Shown here: piece by piece, positions 27,967 through 37,227 of the stretch | How the letters are laid out: every line of letters begins with the position of its first letter | Position numbering within the stretch: position 1 is the stretch's first letter | NCBI GenBank assembly: GCA_018333525.1 | Contig: JAGXTF010000076.1 | Location: 57,424-121,423, forward strand | Source of the DNA: Bacteroidota bacterium | Lineage (GTDB): Bacteria > Bacteroidota > Bacteroidia > NS11-12g > UBA955 | Direction of reading: 5' to 3' | Length of the DNA stretch: 64,000 nucleotides | The notes under the pieces: generated by a model | Database searches by the model: none | What the model was told of the DNA's origin: nothing | The model's input: the letters and a program-made list of their open reading frames with translations, nothing else | Translations under genes and position numbers: made by a program

Positions 27967-28455
27967 GTGGCCACTTCATCATTTTCCATCTCCTCTCTTC
28001 CCTATCCATTTTCTAAAAAAGACTTAAAGATAGGAATCTCGGTTGCCGAATGGAACAGCCATATTACCGGTCCCCTGTTGGAAGGTGGCATGAGGATATT
28101 GGAATCCGCAGGATTTTCTTCAGATCAAATTGTAGTGATTAAAGTTCCCGGAGCTTTTGAATTGCCTTTAAGTGCCCAATGGTTGCTTGACAACGGTTGT
28201 GACGCAGCAATTTGTTTTGGATGCATCATTCGCGGCGAAACACCACATTTTGATTTTGTAAGTAAGGCCACTACAGATGGCATTTTGGATCTGGCGTTAA
28301 AATCAGGAAAACCTGTAATATTTGGTGTTCTTACTACCAATGATGAAACGCAGGCCTTGGAAAGAATAGGCGGAAAACACGGACATAAAGGAGAAGAAGC
28401 TGCAGAGACTGCATTGTGGATGCTGGCTCTAAAACAACACATACATTCAAACTGA
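27967..28455 (+). CDS. ribH: 6,7-dimethyl-8-ribityllumazine synthase.
   Basis: 'KIGISVAEWN', 'VIKVPGAFELP' and 'GETPHFDFV'. The listed start is a GTG, and the true start is uncertain by a few codons. Confidence 0.8.
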   Translation: MATSSFSISSLPYPFSKKDLKIGISVAEWNSHITGPLLEGGMRILESAGFSSDQIVVIKVPGAFELPLSAQWLLDNGCDAAICFGCIIRGETPHFDFVSKATTDGILDLALKSGKPVIFGVLTTNDETQALERIGGKHGHKGEEAAETALWMLALKQHIHSN

Positions 28456-28468
28456 AATTCTTAAATAC

Positions 28469-30310
28469 ATGCAGGAGCAGAAAGAACAAAGCGAATTGGA
28501 AAAGGAAGTAATTCCGGCGCAGACCAGTTATTCTTACAACCTATCAGAGGCTGAAAAACTTATTGAAAGTACGGAGGAGGAAACGGAAGACAACACCGAT
28601 TATTCCAGTCTATCGAAAGAAGATATAGTAGCAAAAGCAGAGGCTTTAATTCATGCTACCGATGTACGCAAAGCAAACGATACACTGAACCGTTTGCGTG
28701 AAGCGTTGGAAGCACAGGAAACTGCAGAAAGGCCTGCGCAAATCAAAGCCTGGACTGATGCAGGAAATGATCCACGGGATTTCAAACCCGTAGCCGATCA
28801 GTTACATATACAGTTCGGAAAAGTGCAACAGCGTTTTCGCGAAAAACGCGAAGAAGAACGCAGAAGAGCCGAAGAAGAAAAACTCGCCAATCTCAGAAAA
28901 AAGGAAGAGGTGCTGAATAAAATGAAAGCGCTGATTGCAACTGAAGAAAACGAACAGAGTTTAAAATCCATGCGCGAACTAATGCGCGAATGGCGCGAAA
29001 TACGCCAGGTTCCGAAAGAATTTCAGGATGATCTATACGAACGTTATCGCTTTTACGTCGATAAATTTTATGACAACCTTACAATTTTTCATGAATTGAA
29101 GGATTTGGACAGGGAAAAAAATCTGGAAGTAAAAATAGAACTGATAAAAAAAGTAGAGGTTTTACGCGAAGAAAAAAATCTGCGCAAAGCTCTGGTTACC
29201 CTGAATAAATACCATGAAGACTGGAAGAATGCAGGACCTGTTCGCAAGGAAATATCAGATGAAATCTGGCATCGATTTAAAGCCGCCAGCGACGTAGTAA
29301 TTTCTGATAAAAAAGCAATTCAGGAAGAATATGATAAAATCAAGCAGGACAATTTAAAATTAAAAACCCTGCTGGTTGAAAAAGCAGAAGCTGCAATTGC
29401 TGTTTTCCCAACTAAGCTAAAAGACTGGAGTGTATTAGGTAAAGAACTGGATGCGCTGATGGAGGAGTGGAAAAAAACCGGTCCGGTTCCCAAAGAAAAT
29501 AACCAGGAAATCTGGAATAAATTTAGAGGAGTAAGACAATCGTTTTTTGAAGCAAGGCGTGAATTCTTTAAGGACATGAATGCCTCGAGGGAAGATAACC
29601 TGGCTAAGAAAATAGCTCTTTGTGAAAACGCTGAAAAGTTGCAAGACGGTAGCGATTTCAACGCAACATCTGATGCCCTGAATAAGCTGCAGGAAGAGTG
29701 GAAAAAAGTTGGACCGGTACCTGAAAAGGAAAACGATATGGTATGGAAGCGTTTTCGAGGAGCTTTCGATCATTTCTACCACAGAAAAAATGCATTCTAT
29801 GAAAACAGAAGGGTGCAGGAAAATACCGCGGTTCATGAAAAAGAACAGGTAATTTCAGAACTGGAAAAACTCAAAGAGATTGAGGATTCACAAGAAGTTT
29901 TCAAACTGCTGAAGGAGTTGCAACAGCGTTGGGCAAAATCAGGTTTTGTAAGCGGCAAAGCATATTTCAATCTTCAAAAGAAGTATCAGGAACTCTCTGA
30001 TTTTATTTTCACCAAATTCAAAAGGAATAGTGAAGAAATGAAAGAATCCGTAATGCGGGAACACTATGAAATGATATCTGGTGCACCAGACGGGAATTTT
30101 AAAATTCAGGGTGAAGAACGAAAATTGCGTGATAGGATTTCGAAACTGCGCGATGAAGTTGGCACTATTGAGAACAATAAAAGTTTTTTTGCGCATTCCA
30201 AAAATGCCCAAAGTATTCTCAAACAATTTGATGATAATATTGAGAAACTGAATGTACAAATTGAGAAACTGGAAAAAGAATTAAAAGTAATTCGCAGCTA
30301 CAAAAAATAA
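28469..30310 (+). CDS. DUF349-repeat protein.
   Basis: Multiple repeats of the form 'EWKKTGPVPKENNQEIWNKFRG' / 'EWKKVGPVPEKENDMVWKRFRG' / 'DWKNAGPVRKEISDEIWHRFK'. Confidence 0.65.
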   Translation: MQEQKEQSELEKEVIPAQTSYSYNLSEAEKLIESTEEETEDNTDYSSLSKEDIVAKAEALIHATDVRKANDTLNRLREALEAQETAERPAQIKAWTDAGNDPRDFKPVADQLHIQFGKVQQRFREKREEERRRAEEEKLANLRKKEEVLNKMKALIATEENEQSLKSMRELMREWREIRQVPKEFQDDLYERYRFYVDKFYDNLTIFHELKDLDREKNLEVKIELIKKVEVLREEKNLRKALVTLNKYHEDWKNAGPVRKEISDEIWHRFKAASDVVISDKKAIQEEYDKIKQDNLKLKTLLVEKAEAAIAVFPTKLKDWSVLGKELDALMEEWKKTGPVPKENNQEIWNKFRGVRQSFFEARREFFKDMNASREDNLAKKIALCENAEKLQDGSDFNATSDALNKLQEEWKKVGPVPEKENDMVWKRFRGAFDHFYHRKNAFYENRRVQENTAVHEKEQVISELEKLKEIEDSQEVFKLLKELQQRWAKSGFVSGKAYFNLQKKYQELSDFIFTKFKRNSEEMKESVMREHYEMISGAPDGNFKIQGEERKLRDRISKLRDEVGTIENNKSFFAHSKNAQSILKQFDDNIEKLNVQIEKLEKELKVIRSYKK

Positions 30311-30311
30311 G

Positions 30312-31097
30312 ATGCTGGATGCCATATTCCGTGTCAGCGACTACCTGCAGTATTTGATGACGGCAAATAGCCGGCACGGAATACACTCTCCATTTGTTTA
30401 CAGTTTTTATGAAAAGGTGATACAATCTAAAGAGAAATCACCTTATTTCGATTTGATTGAAACCATTCGTAAAAAAATGATTCAATCCAAAGTGAAAATT
30501 GATTTCGTAGATTTTGGAGTTGGAAATAAATCCGGAGAGAGACGGATAAGTGAAATTGCTTCCACTACTGCTAAAAATGCAAAATATGGCAGATTGCTCT
30601 ATCGGTTGTTACATGTGTTCCAACCTGTATACAGCCTGGAATTGGGCACGGGAAGCGGTATTACCGCCATGTATCAAGGAGCTGCATTAAACTCTGAAAG
30701 ACCTTTACACAGTATTGAAGGAAGTGAAAAACTGGCAGAGATTGCTGCGTATAATGCTCGCGAGTGTGGTATTTATGAGAATATCATATTTCATACCGGA
30801 ACCTTTGAAAATGTATTGCCGGAATTGTTACAGCAAATGCCCAGAGTGGATTATGCATATATTGATGGCAATCATGGATTTGAACCAACAATCAGATATT
30901 TTGAAATGATCATGGAAAAGGTACATGAGCAAAGTATCCTGATTTTTGATGATATCAACTGGTCTGAGGGAATGAAGCGTGCCTGGGCAGTTATCAAAAA
31001 TGATCCCAGAGTTCAGGTGAGTATCGATTTATTTGCCCTTGGAATCGTATTTTTGAGAAAAGGACAAGAAAAGGAACATTTTACCTTACGTTATTGA
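30312..31097 (+). CDS. Class I SAM-dependent methyltransferase (O-methyltransferase-like).
   Basis: Motif I 'LELGTGSGITAM' and the acidic motif 'IFDDINWS'. Confidence 0.6.
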   Translation: MLDAIFRVSDYLQYLMTANSRHGIHSPFVYSFYEKVIQSKEKSPYFDLIETIRKKMIQSKVKIDFVDFGVGNKSGERRISEIASTTAKNAKYGRLLYRLLHVFQPVYSLELGTGSGITAMYQGAALNSERPLHSIEGSEKLAEIAAYNARECGIYENIIFHTGTFENVLPELLQQMPRVDYAYIDGNHGFEPTIRYFEMIMEKVHEQSILIFDDINWSEGMKRAWAVIKNDPRVQVSIDLFALGIVFLRKGQEKEHFTLRY

Positions 31098-31504
31098 AAT
31101 CAGAATTCATACATACCATACGTGTTCGTTATGTGGAATGCGACAGCATGGGATTTGTGCATCATTCAGTTTACGCCACTTATTTTGAAGAAGCGAGAAC
31201 AGAAGTGATGCGCAAAATGGGATTGAATTATAAGGAAATAGAAGATGCCGGAATTATTATGCCGGTAAAATTCATGGATTTTCATTTCAAAAAAGCAGCT
31301 TTTTACGATGAGTTATTGCACGTTAAAGTGGTCATACATCCTTTAACCGGAGTGCGTTGTAAGTTTGGTTATGAAACCAGAAATTCAAAAGGAGATTTGC
31401 TCAATACAGGAACAACAGAATTGTTTTTTGCTTCAAAAAAAGATATGAAACCTATGAAATTACCTCTGGAATTCGAAAATAAAATAAAATCATTTATTTC
31501 TTGA
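31094..31504 (+). CDS. Acyl-CoA thioesterase, 4HBT/YbgC hot-dog fold.
   Basis: 'IRVRYVECDSMGFVHHSVYATYFEEART' is a typical 4HBT N-terminus. The ATGA overlaps the upstream gene. Confidence 0.7.
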   Translation: MKSEFIHTIRVRYVECDSMGFVHHSVYATYFEEARTEVMRKMGLNYKEIEDAGIIMPVKFMDFHFKKAAFYDELLHVKVVIHPLTGVRCKFGYETRNSKGDLLNTGTTELFFASKKDMKPMKLPLEFENKIKSFIS

Positions 31505-32490
31505 ATATTCGGTCAAAAACATACCGAGGAAGAAGTGATATTCATAACCCGTTGGAAACACCTGTTACCAAGACTGACGGACGCATGGTGAGGTATTTGA
31601 AAACCAATACTATCATTGGATTTCACGGGCATAGCATTTACGATGTAGGTAAGTATTTTCTGAATTCCTTATTCCGCGAAAACTTAACCATCAGAGCCAG
31701 CAGCTTGAGTTTTAACTTTTTTCTTTCCCTCTTCCCTATTCTCATTTTTTTGCTGACTCTGATTGCATATTTACCCATAAAAGGGCTGAAATCAGGCTTA
31801 ATTAATGAAATACATTTACTGCTCCCCGAAACTTCATCCAAAGCTCTGTCAGATACAATTTATGAATTGTTAAATCAACAACATTCTACCCTGCTTTCCT
31901 TTGGTTTTTTGTTGGCTTTGTACTTCGCCAGCAATGCATATCATACCATGATTAACACCTTTAACAGGCGACTGCCTCAGCGCATCAGACGACATTGGGT
32001 GCATAACAGATTACTCGCAATTGGCCTGACCTTTCTCATCACTTTTTATGGTATTCTGACTTTGTTATTTGTCTCAAAATTTTATCAGGCAGAAACCTAT
32101 ATCCATAAGCACCACTGGTTTGCGGAACCTGTTCTCGCATGGATCATGGTATTACTGGAGTATATCGTACTGATGCTTTTTGTACTTATTTCCATATCCA
32201 GTGTGTATTATTATGCCCCGGCAACCAAGCACCGTTGGCGCTTTTTCTCAGCCGGCAGCATATTGGCAACTATTTTGAGCATTCTTTCCACCCTGTTGTT
32301 TTCCCTTTATGTAAACAATTTTAACAGTTATAATAAAGTCTACGGTTCCATTGGAGCGATCATTGCATTAATGGTACTTATTTATATTAATACTCTGGTA
32401 ATTCTGGTTGGTTTTGATTTAAATACAAGTATTGAAAAAGCCGCGATGACTGCGAAACTAAGAGAAGGCAGAAAAAATAATAAGGGTTGA
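31501..32490 (+). CDS. YihY/BrkB family inner-membrane protein.
   Basis: 'RASSLSFNFFLSLFPILIFLLTL' and six TM segments. The ATGA overlaps the upstream gene. Confidence 0.7.
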   Translation: MNIRSKTYRGRSDIHNPLETPVTKTDGRMVRYLKTNTIIGFHGHSIYDVGKYFLNSLFRENLTIRASSLSFNFFLSLFPILIFLLTLIAYLPIKGLKSGLINEIHLLLPETSSKALSDTIYELLNQQHSTLLSFGFLLALYFASNAYHTMINTFNRRLPQRIRRHWVHNRLLAIGLTFLITFYGILTLLFVSKFYQAETYIHKHHWFAEPVLAWIMVLLEYIVLMLFVLISISSVYYYAPATKHRWRFFSAGSILATILSILSTLLFSLYVNNFNSYNKVYGSIGAIIALMVLIYINTLVILVGFDLNTSIEKAAMTAKLREGRKNNKG

Positions 32491-32514
32491 TTTTATCTCT
32501 TTCAGGAAATTTTT

Positions 32515-33975
32515 TCATTCCAATTTCATCATCTTCTGTGCGGTTTGAAACCTGGTTTCAGCCTTCTGCAAACTATCTGTATATATAGGATTTCCCGGAT
32601 GTAATCTATATTGATATACAAAATAAAACAATTCTTTTCTCGCATTATTTGCATCCATAATTTTGAATACATATTTTATTCTGGTTTGCGGTAAGCCTGA
32701 AATAGACTGTGCCTCTTTCAAAAGTTCATTTCCCTTATTGAAATATACCAAAGAACTGTCGTAGTATTTTTGCATTTCAATTGCATCATTGGCATCTCCG
32801 GGATAAAATACTGTTGCTGCATTTGCGGCATTGTCATATCGGCGCAGCACATTTTCAAATTCCGGAAAAAAATTATGTTTAGATTTCACCAATGCAAATA
32901 CAATTACAAGGACAATAACAGGAATACTTAAATCCAATGCAAATCTCAATCTGGTATTCTCCTTCCTGTTTAACACAAAAGACCAAATGAAGCCACCAAA
33001 CCAACCGCAGATTAATCCTCCGATATGCGCCCAGTTGTCAATTTCACTTTTAACTCCATTTAATAAGTTCAGACCTACAAATACTCCAAAATATATGAGC
33101 AAATTTGTTCTTTCATCTTTTTTCAAAAGTTTGGTAGATGCCAAACCCAAAACAATTCCAAAACAACCAAAGATAGCCCCTGATGCTCCAACACTTAGGA
33201 TTTCGTCGTGCATGTAAAAACTAAGAGCGGAAGCAAAAATTCCGCAAAGGAGATATGCGATTAAAAACCTTCTTTTTCCCATTAAATTTTCCGCCACCAA
33301 ACCTCCAATTAACAATCCAAATAAATTCAACACCAAATGCATAATCCCCCCATGCATAAATACATTGGTAAGCAATCTCCAGTATTCCCCCTGAAAAATG
33401 CCAAAGGTGTAATTTCCACCCCATTTCAGCAGTTTTTCACCGTCCATTTCGAAGAAACCAAATCCGCCAATTACCATCGCAACAAATACAATGAGATTTA
33501 ACAGCATCAATCCAAGAGTAACCACCCAGGGCCTTTTGAAGGTGATCATTTCCCACAAATACCTCGCTCTTTCGCGAAATGAATTTCCAATCCACTCGTC
33601 TTCTACGGATACCCCATATTGGAGAAAACTGTCGTATACTCCAACCAAATCTGTAGAAGTTCTTGAATCCAAATAACTGATAATTTGATTCTCCAACAGT
33701 TTCAAATTCTGTTCATTTTCTTTGGGATGAAAAGCAAAATCCCCGGTAGAATGACTTTCCATCATAAAATGATCACCGGATTGCCGGAAAGTGATGGTTT
33801 CATTGTTGGCAGCGCCGGGAATTCCGGTTATAATAGTCCATGTAGTTAAACCCTCTACCTGAGAAATATTCCATTCCAAATGCCTCACAGCAAGGATCAT
33901 AGCACCAAAAACCTCTTCATGGGGGCGATGTCCGAATTTATCCGTACGATATGCAGCGGCAGAATGCAAATTCAT
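32515..33975 (-). CDS. Rhomboid-family intramembrane serine protease with an N-terminal cytoplasmic domain and a C-terminal soluble extension.
   Basis: Catalytic Ser motif 'GASGAIFG' and His motif 'NWAHIGGLICG'. The TM core is flanked by ~150 aa N-terminally and ~120 aa C-terminally. Confidence 0.7.
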   Translation of the reverse strand: MNLHSAAAYRTDKFGHRPHEEVFGAMILAVRHLEWNISQVEGLTTWTIITGIPGAANNETITFRQSGDHFMMESHSTGDFAFHPKENEQNLKLLENQIISYLDSRTSTDLVGVYDSFLQYGVSVEDEWIGNSFRERARYLWEMITFKRPWVVTLGLMLLNLIVFVAMVIGGFGFFEMDGEKLLKWGGNYTFGIFQGEYWRLLTNVFMHGGIMHLVLNLFGLLIGGLVAENLMGKRRFLIAYLLCGIFASALSFYMHDEILSVGASGAIFGCFGIVLGLASTKLLKKDERTNLLIYFGVFVGLNLLNGVKSEIDNWAHIGGLICGWFGGFIWSFVLNRKENTRLRFALDLSIPVIVLVIVFALVKSKHNFFPEFENVLRRYDNAANAATVFYPGDANDAIEMQKYYDSSLVYFNKGNELLKEAQSISGLPQTRIKYVFKIMDANNARKELFYFVYQYRLHPGNPIYTDSLQKAETRFQTAQKMMKLE

Positions 33976-33999
33976 ATAACTGTATAAAATGGTTATGCT

Positions 34000-34269
34000 T
34001 CAAAGCAAAAAATAATATTTAATTCCTAATAAAGCAGAAACAAACAAAATTGCCAACCATATGGTCCACTTTTTATCTTTATTTTTAAGTAAATATAATA
34101 TAAAAAGCACGCTGATAGAAAGGGCGAGAGCATGATAATATGGCAATATGCTGCCACCTCCGGCAAAATGAAGGCGATACAGTTCTCCCATAATCCGAAA
34201 AGTAGCTAAAAAGATAACGGTAACAGAAATAGAAAATACGACGTCTAATTTTTTTATTTTGGCGTTCAT
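34000..34269 (-). CDS. Small hypothetical membrane protein (89 aa).
   Basis: Three hydrophobic helices. The ATGA overlaps the upstream gene. Confidence 0.3.
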   Translation of the reverse strand: MNAKIKKLDVVFSISVTVIFLATFRIMGELYRLHFAGGGSILPYYHALALSISVLFILYLLKNKDKKWTIWLAILFVSALLGIKYYFLL

Positions 34270-34550
34270 TTGATGAATATTTTCTCTACCACTATCTGCC
34301 CAAATGCACGATTGATGGCATCTATCAGCGATTGACGCCTGTACATCATTTCATTTTTCAGTGGTGCATTATCAAACTTTACATACAAGGTTTTATTCAA
34401 CATTTTAATTTCGGTGGTATGTTTGGAAATTAATGGACCTGTAATTTCCGCCCAGGCTTGTACCAGTTTTACTTCGGTAATCTTTTGTGTCATTCTGTAT
34501 TTTTCATACATGGCATCGATTACATCTTTAATGTTCTTTTCTTTTTTCAT
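34266..34550 (-). CDS. DUF721-like small protein.
   Basis: 'LVQAWAEITGPLISKHTTEIKMLNKTLYVKFDNAPLKNEM' resembles the DUF721 pattern. Confidence 0.4.
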   Translation of the reverse strand: MKKEKNIKDVIDAMYEKYRMTQKITEVKLVQAWAEITGPLISKHTTEIKMLNKTLYVKFDNAPLKNEMMYRRQSLIDAINRAFGQIVVEKIFIK

Positions 34551-36256
34551 GCTTTTGCCAGTTTACTATTTTTATAACTGAACGAAAAATATATTGCAAT
34601 ACCAATTGCAAACCATACAAAAAACCATTTCCAGGAAGTGCCGTTCATTCCCGTAAGCAGGTAACTGCACATCAATACTCCGGCTATCGAAATAAAATTC
34701 CACTTTTTCAAAAAAGTGAAAACTGAAAGAATGGCAAATTCAAATAAAAACAAATACAAAAGTGCATTCTGCAAATTTTGCCATTTTGATAGTTGAAAAA
34801 AGCCTGCGAAATCAAAGTGATAAAATCCAAGCAATCCGATGGTAAGAATAAAGGCAATCGGTATCACCCATGTACCTTTCCATGAAGGCATTTTATATTT
34901 GCGTTTTACATTTTCACCCGATTCTTCTTCTCTTTGTTTCAATAAAAGTGTACCTGCACAAACCAAAAGAAATGCAAACAGGGTACCAATGCTGGTAAAA
35001 TCCACACTAAATCCAGTTGTGAAAAATAACAGTGGAATACCAACTACAAAACCTGTGATAATGGTGGCAAAAGAAGGTGTTCTGTATTTTGGATGTACTT
35101 TGGAAAATGATTTTGGCAAGAGGCCATCTCTGCTCATGCTGAGCCAGATACGCGGCTGCCCCAATTGAAAAACCAGTAAAACTCCGGTCAATGCGACAAC
35201 CGCAGTGGCAGAAATAAAACCACCAAGGCGGTTCATCCCGCGGGACTCAAATATAAAAGCCAACGGGTCCATTACTTTTAATGTGGAATAATGTGTCATA
35301 CCGGTTAATACAAGCGTTATTAGAATATACAGTACCGTACATATCAGCAAGCTGTAAAACATACCTCTGGGAAGGTCTCTGGCCGGATTTTTACACTCTT
35401 CTGCGGTGGTGCTTATTGCGTCAAATCCGATATATGCAAAAAACACAGCGGAAATTCCGGAAATCACACCACCAAAACCATTGGGAAAAACCGGCTTCCA
35501 ATTGGCAGGTTCAATGTAAAATGCTCCCACACCAATAACCAGAAGGATGATAAATAACTTGAGAGCAACCATTGCATTTCCTACATTTCGGGTTTCTTTT
35601 ACCCCTCTATATACGAGCCATGTAATGAAAATAGTAACCGCAATAGCAGGTAAATCCAAAATCAATTTAAATCCTGCAAGTTCCGGTGCAGAATACCATG
35701 CCATTGCAGCCGGATTATCGGAAATCCTCGGGATTACGGCTTGAGCACTATGGTCTATATTATTTCCCAATGCGAGAAAAGCTTCCTTTGCCGTAGGGTA
35801 ATTTACCGATAACCAAGCGGGGAATTCCAAATCCCAGTTTGCCAATAATGCATTTAACATGGTACTGAAATAACCGCTCCAACTTTGTGCCACTGCAATA
35901 TTGCCAATAGAATATTCCAATATAAGCGCCCAACCAATTATCCAAGCAGCAAATTCTCCAAATGTCGCATACGCGTAAGTATAAGCGCTACCTGCAACAG
36001 GAATTCTGCTGGCGAATTCGGCATAACAAATTGCGCTGAAAGCGCTTGCAATGGCAGTGATAATAAAGAGAATAACAACACCTGGGCCACCATTATAACA
36101 AGCAGCGCCAACAGTGCTAAAAATACCGGCACCAATGATAGCCGCCACGCCCATAGAAGTGAGATCTCTCACACCCAGTACACGTTTCAGTGCATGACCT
36201 TCTTCATGTTCGAATTTGGTTTTTCTGCGGGTTAACCGCCTGAGCAAATGACTCAT
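34547..36256 (-). CDS. APC-superfamily amino acid permease.
   Basis: 12+ TM helices. N-terminus 'GVRDLTSMGVAAIIGAGIFSTVG' (APC signature) and a C-terminal extension with two extra helices. Confidence 0.8.
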   Translation of the reverse strand: MSHLLRRLTRRKTKFEHEEGHALKRVLGVRDLTSMGVAAIIGAGIFSTVGAACYNGGPGVVILFIITAIASAFSAICYAEFASRIPVAGSAYTYAYATFGEFAAWIIGWALILEYSIGNIAVAQSWSGYFSTMLNALLANWDLEFPAWLSVNYPTAKEAFLALGNNIDHSAQAVIPRISDNPAAMAWYSAPELAGFKLILDLPAIAVTIFITWLVYRGVKETRNVGNAMVALKLFIILLVIGVGAFYIEPANWKPVFPNGFGGVISGISAVFFAYIGFDAISTTAEECKNPARDLPRGMFYSLLICTVLYILITLVLTGMTHYSTLKVMDPLAFIFESRGMNRLGGFISATAVVALTGVLLVFQLGQPRIWLSMSRDGLLPKSFSKVHPKYRTPSFATIITGFVVGIPLLFFTTGFSVDFTSIGTLFAFLLVCAGTLLLKQREEESGENVKRKYKMPSWKGTWVIPIAFILTIGLLGFYHFDFAGFFQLSKWQNLQNALLYLFLFEFAILSVFTFLKKWNFISIAGVLMCSYLLTGMNGTSWKWFFVWFAIGIAIYFSFSYKNSKLAKA

Positions 36257-36310
36257 TTTTGGAACTTACGATAATACTACATTCCCTAATATTTTTATCA
36301 TGCAATCCAA

Positions 36311-36751
36311 TTGGTTCGATTTTTGTTAATTTTGTATAGAGTTTTGAAACGCTTCGCAGGTATATTGTTTTCCATTTGCATGCTCATCAGCAGCGGGTTT
36401 GTGCAGTTTGCCGTTCATTTTTGTCCGGAAAACGGGGCCATGCTTTCTGCTGAAGATTGTCAGATGCACCGCAAGGAACAGGTTCATGATTGTTGTAAAC
36501 CTGTTAAAGCTGAAAAAGCTGCGGATGACAATTGCTGCAATGACCAGTTTTTCTATAGCATCAGCCCAAAATTTGGCTCTGTGGATGTGGCAAAACTGCA
36601 AATTCAATGGATGTACATCCTTCCTGTGTCAACCTTGAATCTTCAACCTGATAATGAAAGATTCAATAGCGTTGAAGCGTTTGACATTCAAGGAAAACCG
36701 CCATTATTCAACCGGCGATTGCAACAGAATTTCTGTACCTTTCTGATTTAA
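36311..36751 (+). CDS. Small Cys/His-rich membrane-anchored hypothetical protein.
   Basis: N-terminal TM, then 'CPENGAMLSAEDCQMHRKEQVHDCCKPVKAEKAADDNCCND'. It lies upstream of the HMA-domain and TonB-receptor genes. Confidence 0.3.
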   Translation: MVRFLLILYRVLKRFAGILFSICMLISSGFVQFAVHFCPENGAMLSAEDCQMHRKEQVHDCCKPVKAEKAADDNCCNDQFFYSISPKFGSVDVAKLQIQWMYILPVSTLNLQPDNERFNSVEAFDIQGKPPLFNRRLQQNFCTFLI

Positions 36752-36870
36752 AATCTCATTTTCAAATGCCTTGGGGCGCTTTTTTGTAATATTCTTACGC
36801 TTACAAGGTTATACAAATGACCAAAGAATTACATTTTTTAACGTTTAAAAAGTATTCATAAAAAAAGAAA

Positions 36871-37227
36871 ATGAGAAACAAATTCATCAACGCCATTTTA
36901 GCCATTGTTATTATGGTTATCGGCACAGCATATAAACCGCCAACAAAGGCAACCGTATATTTTAAAGTTTCAGGAACCTGTGAAATGTGTAAAGAAAGAA
37001 TTGAACATGCCCTGGATGTAAAAGGTGTAAAAACCGCCATTTGGAATGTGAAATCCCAACAGGTTATGGTTATTTATAACCCCAGAAAGCTTGAAGAAAT
37101 ACAGTTGCATAATCTGGTAGCCATTGCAGGACATGATACAGAAAAGGTGAAGGCCAGTGAACAGGCCTATGCCGATCTTCCTGAATGCTGCCTTTACCGA
37201 AGCGGTGCTAAATGTACAGATCATTAA
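36871..37227 (+). CDS. Heavy-metal-associated (HMA) domain protein with an N-terminal anchor.
   Basis: CxxC metal-binding motif in HMA context 'VSGTCEMCKERIEHALDVKGVK'. Its stop overlaps the TonB-receptor start. Confidence 0.5.
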   Translation: MRNKFINAILAIVIMVIGTAYKPPTKATVYFKVSGTCEMCKERIEHALDVKGVKTAIWNVKSQQVMVIYNPRKLEEIQLHNLVAIAGHDTEKVKASEQAYADLPECCLYRSGAKCTDH

